From a virus: 45,453 nucleotides of DNA. Below, in pieces: positions 40,477-45,453 of the stretch. The translations under genes and the position numbers were made by a program. Each line of letters opens with the position of its first letter. Position 1 is the first letter of the stretch. A model generated the notes under the pieces. That model did no database searches. It saw only the letters and a program-made list of their open reading frames with translations, and was not told the DNA's origin. The stretch is taken from the IMG/VR virus record IMGVR_UViG_3300031555_001699, positions 1 through 45,453 of that record, one strand, 5' to 3'.

Positions 40477-40681
40477 AGAAGGGTTCCTCCTCATTGTAGA
40501 AGCCGCGTTCGGCCAGTTCTTCTTTCTTGGTTGCCTGCAGGGCATCGATGTGCTGGCGTATTTTATCGCTCAGATGGTCCAGCGCCCGCATCCTGTCAAC
40601 GTATTCATCGCGGGCGACCTGCTTTTGTTTCTCCACTGCCAGAGCGAGCGCCGACAGATCATAGAGCGTGAATTCGTACAT
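40466..40681 (-). CDS. Hypothetical 71-aa coiled-coil protein
   Basis: ORF track; SD GAGGTG. Confidence 0.6.
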   Translation of the reverse strand: MYEFTLYDLSALALAVEKQKQVARDEYVDRMRALDHLSDKIRQHIDALQATKKEELAERGFYNEEEPFYDE

Positions 40682-40687
40682 GGCGGT

Positions 40688-41401
40688 TCACCTCAGCAGA
40701 TCGGTGATATCGCAGCCCAGCAGCTCGCATACTCGGGTGAGCGCATTGCCCGCCGGTGCATGGGTGCCGTTCTTCCAGCGGAAGACGCTGCGCTTATCCA
40801 CACCGGCCAGATCCGCGAATTCATCAACAGTGAGATCTTCTTCGACCATGTAGACGGTAATCTTGCGGCCGATCTTCTCACGATCAAGCAGGGCATGGGC
40901 TGCGCCGTTGCCGGCAGCGACGTGACGGGGCTCCAGGCGCCCCTCCGCCTGCGCAGCCAGCGCACGGTCCAGCGCGGAGTGACGGGGCACGCGCTGCTTG
41001 AGCTCGCCGAGCATATCCGCCATCGCATCCATGGCCGCGTGCAGCTCTGCCATAGCGTTGGTGACGGCGCCGGGCTGGACGTACATACCCGTGCGGCGGA
41101 TGGCCGGCAGTACATCGTGCGTGATCCAGCGCTTGAAGGCGTGGGCCTCGGGCTTGCGGCTGCCAAGGATCAGGGTGTAGAGACCGGGTTCGTTGACCAC
41201 ATTGACCGGGAGACCGTTACTGGCACCCTCGATTGAAACTAGGGTGCGCTCGTCATCATCGAGTCTGTTGAGAGCGTCGGAAGGGTTCGCGATATCCAGC
41301 GCCTTGCAAACGTCTGCGGCCACAAACCAGGGATCGCCGTCCTTTACTACGGTACGGATGGTGCCAAACTGTTCATTCTTGAAAAGCTGAAGATTATTCA
41401 T
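40688..41401 (-). CDS. Bro-N domain antirepressor with C-terminal XRE-type HTH
   Basis: ATG 41401; FGTIRTVVKDGDPWFVAADVCKALDIANPSDALNRLDDDE...GLYTLILGSRKPEAHAFKRWITHDVLPAIRRTG is classic Bro-N; C-terminal LTVDEFADLAGVDKRSVFRWKNG is the HTH. Confidence 0.88.
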   Translation of the reverse strand: MNNLQLFKNEQFGTIRTVVKDGDPWFVAADVCKALDIANPSDALNRLDDDERTLVSIEGASNGLPVNVVNEPGLYTLILGSRKPEAHAFKRWITHDVLPAIRRTGMYVQPGAVTNAMAELHAAMDAMADMLGELKQRVPRHSALDRALAAQAEGRLEPRHVAAGNGAAHALLDREKIGRKITVYMVEEDLTVDEFADLAGVDKRSVFRWKNGTHAPAGNALTRVCELLGCDITDLLR

Positions 41402-41415
41402 TGTCAGGTTCCTCC
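41394..41415. repeat. 22-bp direct repeat copy A: TTATTCATTGTCAGGTTCCTCC (start codon plus SD, minus strand)
   Basis: Identical to 41959-41980; covers the ATG and SD of the Bro-N gene. Confidence 0.9.
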
Positions 41416-41966
41416 TCTGCAGGGTTAGTATTGATAACAGATTTTGCGAGTTGAATTGCTGCGCGATAAACAGAGCCATGCTGAGCTTCGCCGTAAACCA
41501 TATCTACTCGTTTAGCAAATGCATCCAGCGTATCGTGGAAACAACCACACACAACCATGGTTTCGCCATCATTACGACGATAGAATGTAGTGTAATCCTT
41601 ACGCGAACCGATCGGTCCAACAACCAGGTGATCTGCGTTGCCGGACACCCTTGCGTCGCCGTACACCCTTGCGTCGCCGTACACCCAGGCGTCGCCGTAC
41701 ACCCAGGCGTCGCCGTACACCCTTGCGTTGCCGGACACCCTTGCGTCGCCGGACACCCTTGCGTCGCCGTACACCCTTGCGTTGCCGTACACCCAGGCGT
41801 TGCCGTACACCCAGGCGTTGCCGGACTGACTAAGGTTTGCCTCTTTTTCGATCCAGCCGCCGAGATCGCCGGCATTTACATCACCGAACGAAATGAGCGC
41901 CTTGATTTGGAAAAGCTTCCGACCGAACAGCATCTTTGTGTTGGTGGTGAGTTCGTACTTATTCAT
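41394..41966 (-). CDS. Beta-helix (hexapeptide G[DN]A[RW]V[YS]) repeat protein, first gene of the early operon
   Basis: ATG 41966 after TGGAGGAAC; GNAWVYGNAWVYGNARVYGDARVSGDARVSGNARVYGDAWVYGDAWVYGDARVYGDARVSGNA = 11 consecutive hexads. Confidence 0.8.
   Translation of the reverse strand: MNKYELTTNTKMLFGRKLFQIKALISFGDVNAGDLGGWIEKEANLSQSGNAWVYGNAWVYGNARVYGDARVSGDARVSGNARVYGDAWVYGDAWVYGDARVYGDARVSGNADHLVVGPIGSRKDYTTFYRRNDGETMVVCGCFHDTLDAFAKRVDMVYGEAQHGSVYRAAIQLAKSVINTNPAEEEPDNE
41635..41826. repeat. About 10.6 copies of an 18-bp tandem DNA repeat (coding, in frame)
   Basis: Units start every 18 bp from 41635 to 41815: GCGT[CT]GCC[GG/GT]ACACCC[TT/AG]; they encode the hexapeptide repeats. Confidence 0.9.
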
Positions 41967-41980
41967 TGTCAGGTTCCTCC
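41959..41980. repeat. 22-bp direct repeat copy B
   Basis: Identical to 41394-41415; covers the ATG and SD of the beta-helix gene. Confidence 0.9.
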
Positions 41981-41985
41981 ATTTA

Positions 41986-42014
41986 TTGCTATTTAAATAG
42001 TGTTCTGATAAAAT
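41986..42014 (+). promoter_or_regulatory. Possible rightward promoter antisense to the early leader
   Basis: -35 TTGCTA 41986-41991, 17-nt spacer, extended -10 TGaTAAAAT (42009-42014); overlaps the 12-bp perfect palindrome CTATTTAAATAG 41989-42000. Confidence 0.3.
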
Positions 42015-42152
42015 GGGACTGCCTGGGTGACCAGGTAGAAAGGAGGAGGGCATGCACAGAAGAACCTGTCACAGCGTTACGATCACCATCAATATCATCG
42101 TATCGCTTGGCGGGGCACTGGATAGCCTTAGCTCCGTGCTGTTCCGTCTCCG

Positions 42153-42174
42153 CCCGGCATCGCCGGGGTTTTCT
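42153..42174 (+). terminator. Small intrinsic-terminator-like hairpin (plus strand) within the early leader region
   Basis: CCCGGC atc GCCGGG followed by GTTTTCT. Confidence 0.35.
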
Positions 42175-42210
42175 ACGGCAGTCCCGTCCACCGGCTAGGC
42201 CGGAGGATGT

Positions 42211-42313
42211 CTGTTTGAAACAGTGTTGTGTTCTGTTTGTGTACAGTATATGTCACAAAAGAACGTTTGTCAAGGGGTTTTGGAAAAAATTTTCAGGAAA
42301 TTGTTTACAAACG
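42211..42313. promoter_or_regulatory. Candidate repressor operators (CTGTTTG/CAAACAG-type half sites)
   Basis: CTGTTTGAAACAG 42211-42223, CTGTTTGTGTACAG 42233-42246 (covers the leftward -10), CGTTTGT 42264-42270 (next to the leftward -35), TGTTTACAAACG 42302-42313 (covers the rightward -35). Confidence 0.35.
42245..42273 (-). promoter_or_regulatory. Early leftward promoter
   Basis: Minus strand -35 TTGACA (42273-42268), 17-nt spacer, -10 TATACT (42250-42245); gives a leader of about 270 nt before ATG 41966. Confidence 0.6.
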
Positions 42314-42332
42314 TACGATGATGTGTTATAAT
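42304..42332 (+). promoter_or_regulatory. Repressor (rightward) promoter
   Basis: -35 TTTACA 42304-42309, 17-nt spacer, extended -10 TGtTATAAT (42327-42332). Confidence 0.65.
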
Positions 42333-42353
42333 CAGTGCAAGGAGTTGATTTTG

Positions 42354-42839
42354 ATGAATAACAGATTCAAGGAAATAAGAGAAAAGCTCAATCTCAGTCA
42401 GGAAGAATTCGGCAACGCAATCGGCATTAAGCGTTCTGGTATTTCTAATATTGAAAGCGGACTGCGCGCTGTATCCGAAAGACACATTAAACTGCTGCAT
42501 TCTGCATACAATGTCAACGAGCACTGGCTGCGTACCGGCGAGGGCGAGATGTTCAACCCCATCAACGCCAGCCTGGACGCCATGGCCGAGGCCCACCAGA
42601 TTGACGGGCTGACCCGCATCGTGATCGAGAGCCTGATCGAGATGCCCGACACACAGCGCGAAGCATTTATCAACCTGGTGCACAACGTTGCAGAGCGCAT
42701 CCGCTGCGCTGATTACGAGGGCGCGCAGGCCATGGCTGTGGATGCCGCAATCAGATACGGCAGCGCACTCAGCGCGTCCAAGGTACAAAATCCTCCGGAG
42801 GAAGATCAAGCTCAGGCTTCGGAGACTCATACAGTATGA
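42354..42839 (+). CDS. XRE-family (CI-like) repressor, 161 aa
   Basis: ATG 42354 after AAGGAG within ORF 42228-42839; MNNRFKEIREKLNLSQEEFGNAIGIKRSGISNIESGLRAVSERHIKLL is a canonical HTH_XRE. Confidence 0.85.
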   Translation: MNNRFKEIREKLNLSQEEFGNAIGIKRSGISNIESGLRAVSERHIKLLHSAYNVNEHWLRTGEGEMFNPINASLDAMAEAHQIDGLTRIVIESLIEMPDTQREAFINLVHNVAERIRCADYEGAQAMAVDAAIRYGSALSASKVQNPPEEDQAQASETHTV

Positions 42840-42969
42840 CGTTCGCCCCGGGGCGGGCGTCAACGTTTATATAAATCTTCTTTTCTGCGTAGCTGTAAAT
42901 CTTCTTGACCTCGGGATGGCGGGGCAGGCGGACGGCTACTTTTTTAAATGCTTTCAGGTTATACTTCAT
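42769..42969 (-). CDS. Hypothetical 66-aa basic protein, convergent with and overlapping the repressor 3' end by 71 nt
   Basis: ORF track; ATG 42969 nine nt after AAGGGAG; low-GC codons. Confidence 0.45.
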   Translation of the reverse strand: MKYNLKAFKKVAVRLPRHPEVKKIYSYAEKKIYINVDARPGANVILYESPKPELDLPPEDFVPWTR

Positions 42970-43014
42970 GAACCATTACTCCCTTCTTGTGCTAACATTT
43001 CGTTAAACTTTAGC

Positions 43015-43043
43015 TTGATAAATCGTTTTATATGTGGTAAAAT
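43015..43043 (+). promoter_or_regulatory. Promoter upstream of the membrane-anchored XRE gene
   Basis: -35 TTGATA 43015-43020, 17-nt spacer, extended -10 TGgTAAAAT (43038-43043); leaves an A/C-rich leader of about 240 nt. Confidence 0.6.
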
Positions 43044-43290
43044 GTCGATATATGTCTGATGCATGAGCGATCAGCACTGGCTTCTGGCTGCAAAATAACA
43101 GCACACAAGCCAAAAATCAATCGCGGAATTCCACCAACAAACAGCAGAAATCCGCGAACACATATATAATTTCAGCAAACGAACGTGGAGAAACAACTGT
43201 TCACAGTAGTTTTCCGCCACAAAAATCGTTTTCACGCACAAAAGAGCAACAACGACAGGTAATTTAATTTTACCGAGGAAGGCGGCATCT

Positions 43291-43941
43291 ATGGCACCCA
43301 CCAAGACGACCACACCACCCAATCTGCAGCTTATCGAGGAAGACCCGATCAAAGATTTTCGCCTGGATTACCAGATGCTGCAGCGCGTGATCCGCTGGAA
43401 TTGCGAGAACAACCCCAAGTTTATCGGCACAACAGCCAAAGACCGCGCCCGCCTCTGCGGGATCAGCGAGACTACATACAACACCATCGTCAACGGCAAG
43501 AACACCAAGCCGCGCATTGACATCCTATATGCCATCGTTGCAAGCTTCGACGGATACATTGATCCGCTGGTAGGCCTCGCGCCCGAGCGCGACCTGAACC
43601 GAGAGAAAGAGCACTACGACGCAACGTTCATGGAGTCCATGCAATGGCAGCTGGAGAAGGCCCAGGCGGACCTGGCCGACAAGCGCGAGGAGGCGCACCG
43701 GCTGCACGTGGAGCTGACCGAGTATAAGACCGAATGCAAGGCCCTGCAGCGCGAGCTGGCCGAGGAGACCGAGCACCGCAAGGAGCGCGCAAACATGGTC
43801 GAAGTGCTGCGCAAGGATATGCGCGGATACCGCATATTTGTCGGCGTGCTCACAACGTTGATCGTCCTGGCCTTCCTGTTCGTACTCTACCTGATCTTCG
43901 TAGATTTCCCCAACGGCAACTGGGGCATATTCCAATATTAA
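43291..43941 (+). CDS. XRE-type HTH protein with coiled coil and C-terminal transmembrane anchor, 216 aa
   Basis: HTH TAKDRARLCGISETTYNTIVNGKNTKPRIDILYAIV; coiled coil QWQLEKAQADLADKREEAHRLHVELTEYKTECKALQRELAEE; TM YRIFVGVLTTLIVLAFLFVLYLIFV. Confidence 0.8.
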   Translation: MAPTKTTTPPNLQLIEEDPIKDFRLDYQMLQRVIRWNCENNPKFIGTTAKDRARLCGISETTYNTIVNGKNTKPRIDILYAIVASFDGYIDPLVGLAPERDLNREKEHYDATFMESMQWQLEKAQADLADKREEAHRLHVELTEYKTECKALQRELAEETEHRKERANMVEVLRKDMRGYRIFVGVLTTLIVLAFLFVLYLIFVDFPNGNWGIFQY

Positions 43942-43946
43942 AAACA

Positions 43947-43975
43947 AAACCACCGATGCATAATCGGTGGTTTTT
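43947..43975 (+). terminator. Rho-independent terminator
   Basis: Stem AAACCACCGAT (43947-43957) / ATCGGTGGTTT (43963-43973), loop GCATA, U-rich tail. Confidence 0.75.
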
Positions 43976-44029
43976 CTATGTACAAATATATATATTTATG
44001 CTAAACTAAAAACGAAGGGAGGAATTTAT

Positions 44030-45453
44030 ATGGATATTTACGCAGACTACCTGCGCAAGTCCCGGTCAGATGAGCAGGCCGAGGCCCGCGGCGAGGGCGA
44101 TGTACTGGCCCGGCACCGCAAGACGCTGCAGGAGCTGGCCGCCTACAACGGGCACATGCTCGTTGCCGAATACGCCGAAGTCGCCAGCGGCGACAGCCTC
44201 GCAGCCAGGCCGGAGGCGCAACGCCTGCTGCTGGATGTGATGGCAGGCAAGTATACCGGCGTTTACTGTATGGCCCTTGACCGACTCAGCCGCGGCGCTG
44301 CAGAGGATCAGGCCGCCGTGATCCGGGCCTTCCAGGCCTCCGGCACACTGCTGATTACGCCCGAGAAGGTCTATGACTTCACCAACGCCGCCGACGAGGA
44401 TTTCGGCGAGCTGCGCCTGATGTTCAGCCGCATTGAGCACAAGACCATCAAGCGCCGCATGTACGCAGGCCGCGAGCGCTCCGCCCGTGATGGCTGGTAT
44501 ATCGGCGCGCGCATCCCGTTCGGATACGCCAAGGTACCCGCCCAGGGCAAGGACGGCCCCACGCTTAAGATCATCCCCGAGCAGGCTGAGCTCGTCCGCG
44601 CCATGTTCGAGGCCTACGCCGACGGCAAGAGCTCGCACCATATCGCCGACATGCTCAACGCGCAGCCCGTCAAGCCCAACTACAGCGACACCTGGACACC
44701 GTCCACTATCCGCAACATTCTCCGCAATCCGCTGTACATCGGCAAAATCTCCTGGGGCAAGCGCATCTCCAGACCGGCCCCCGACGGCAGCGCACACCGC
44801 GTCGTCAACAGCCGCGCTATCCTGGCCGACGGCAGGCATGAGCCCATCATCACTCAGGCCCTGTGGGACGCTGTGCAGGCCCGCCTTGAGCGCAACCCTG
44901 CACCGACCATCTCTGAGGGCCTCCAGAATCCCCTACAAGGGCTTGTGCGCTGCGGCCTATGCGGTTGTCTAATGCAGCGCAGCCCGGCCCAGAAGAGCCC
45001 TTCTGGGCGCTCTCAGCCCGCAATACTCAAATGCACTACGCATGGATGCAAGCAAATCCGGTCTGATCTAGCTGTGATCGAGGATATGATCCTGCAGAGC
45101 ATGGATGCATGCTATGGCCATGAAGGCGAGCTTTCCCCGGTGCAGATCCAGCAGCGCAAAGACCGCCAGAAGGCTGCCAAGCTGATCTTTGACCAGATCA
45201 AGCAGGCAGAAGCGCAGCAGAGCCGCCAGGCGGACTTATTAGAACAGGGTGTGTACACGGTCGAGGATTTTATCAGCCGCAGAAACGCGCTGTCTGAGAG
45301 GCTCAGAGAGCTTCACAGACGCTACGACGAGGCGACAGCGCCCGACCTGATGGATCAGGCCTATGAGGCGTGGCGGCAGATCGTCCCGCGGAGCAGCACT
45401 GTCAGCGAGGCCTACAGGCGCGCACCTGACAACGCAACCAAGAATGCATTGCT
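44030..45453 (+). CDS. int: Large serine recombinase (integrase), N-terminal 474 codons; open at the window end and continues at 1-236
   Basis: ATG 44030 seven nt after GAAGGGAGG. Hand translation MDIYADYLRKSRSDEQ...ALDRLSRG (resolvase catalytic domain), GWYIGARIPFGY recombinase domain, Cys cluster CGLCGCLMQR...LKCTTHGC zinc ribbon, C-terminal coiled coil. Not in the ORF track because no stop is reached. Confidence 0.92.
   Translation, partial: MDIYADYLRKSRSDEQAEARGEGDVLARHRKTLQELAAYNGHMLVAEYAEVASGDSLAARPEAQRLLLDVMAGKYTGVYCMALDRLSRGAAEDQAAVIRAFQASGTLLITPEKVYDFTNAADEDFGELRLMFSRIEHKTIKRRMYAGRERSARDGWYIGARIPFGYAKVPAQGKDGPTLKIIPEQAELVRAMFEAYADGKSSHHIADMLNAQPVKPNYSDTWTPSTIRNILRNPLYIGKISWGKRISRPAPDGSAHRVVNSRAILADGRHEPIITQALWDAVQARLERNPAPTISEGLQNPLQGLVRCGLCGCLMQRSPAQKSPSGRSQPAILKCTTHGCKQIRSDLAVIEDMILQSMDACYGHEGELSPVQIQQRKDRQKAAKLIFDQIKQAEAQQSRQADLLEQGVYTVEDFISRRNALSERLRELHRRYDEATAPDLMDQAYEAWRQIVPRSSTVSEAYRRAPDNATKNAL
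45327..45453. repeat. Terminal overlap copy 2 (identical to 1-127)
   Basis: See copy 1. Confidence 0.95.

Noticed and set aside
41635-41826. The 18-bp tandem repeats as a diversity-generating retroelement variable region, or as non-coding satellite DNA
   Set aside because: There is no reverse transcriptase and no template-repeat copy anywhere in the genome. The repeats are in frame and encode a regular hexapeptide beta-helix.
43071-43352. The 93-aa minus-strand ORF in the leader of the membrane-anchored XRE gene
   Set aside because: It has no SD, a Cys/Val/Leu-rich odd composition, and overlaps the SD and start of a well-supported plus-strand gene.
1-45453. Stop-codon reassignment / alternative genetic code
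   Set aside because: All large genes (TerL, portal, MCP, SNF2, the 3,190-aa ORF) are intact under the standard code with normal stops and tight gene junctions. I identified no suppressor tRNA.

Overview
The window is a complete temperate phage genome assembled as a circle. Bases 1-127 are repeated verbatim at 45327-45453, so the unique length is 45,326 bp. The large serine recombinase ORF (44030 -> window end -> 1-236) crosses the junction. It is missing from the supplied ORF track because it never meets a stop inside the linear window. Coding is dense and GC-rich, with strong GGAGG-type Shine-Dalgarno sites and many ATGA/TAATG-coupled gene junctions; a Firmicutes/Clostridia-type host is an inference only.

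Layout:
- (i) Prophage-end zone, 237-2211: a candidate attP palindrome, a type I toxin/antisense-RNA-like locus, and a 4-gene leftward cargo operon gated by a ribbon-helix-helix (RHH) operator/promoter switch.
- (ii) Rightward late operon, 2701-30538: VRR-NUC, an HTH/TerS-like protein, a 620-bp non-coding gap, TerL, portal, scaffold, major capsid, adaptor and four large tail/fibre proteins. There is no tail tube, sheath or tape measure, so it looks podovirus-like. These are followed by a lysis cassette, a 3,190-aa polyvalent-type giant protein and four small accessory genes.
- (iii) Leftward early operon, 41966-30554: beta-helix repeat protein, Bro-N antirepressor, SNF2 helicase, Terminase_2-like protein, CHC2 zinc-finger protein, RepA/DnaB-like ATPase, DNA methyltransferase, DUF551-like protein, a MazG fusion and many tiny coupled ORFs.
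- (iv) Lysogeny module, 42354-43941: XRE repressor, a small convergent gene and a membrane-anchored XRE protein.

Most unusual signals:
- A 640-bp non-coding, strongly G-poor, about 10.5-bp-phased repeat array inside the replication operon (35826-36468).
- The type I TA-like convergent RNA pair (314-644).
- A low-GC domain cassette inside the giant gene, with an embedded alternative-frame ORF that has its own SD (24720-25640).
- A 17-copy heptamer array around a 27 percent-GC core (2219-2558).
- A beta-helix gene bracketed by identical 22-bp translation-initiation repeats (41394-41980).

All family names are from my own recognition of motifs; no database was searched.
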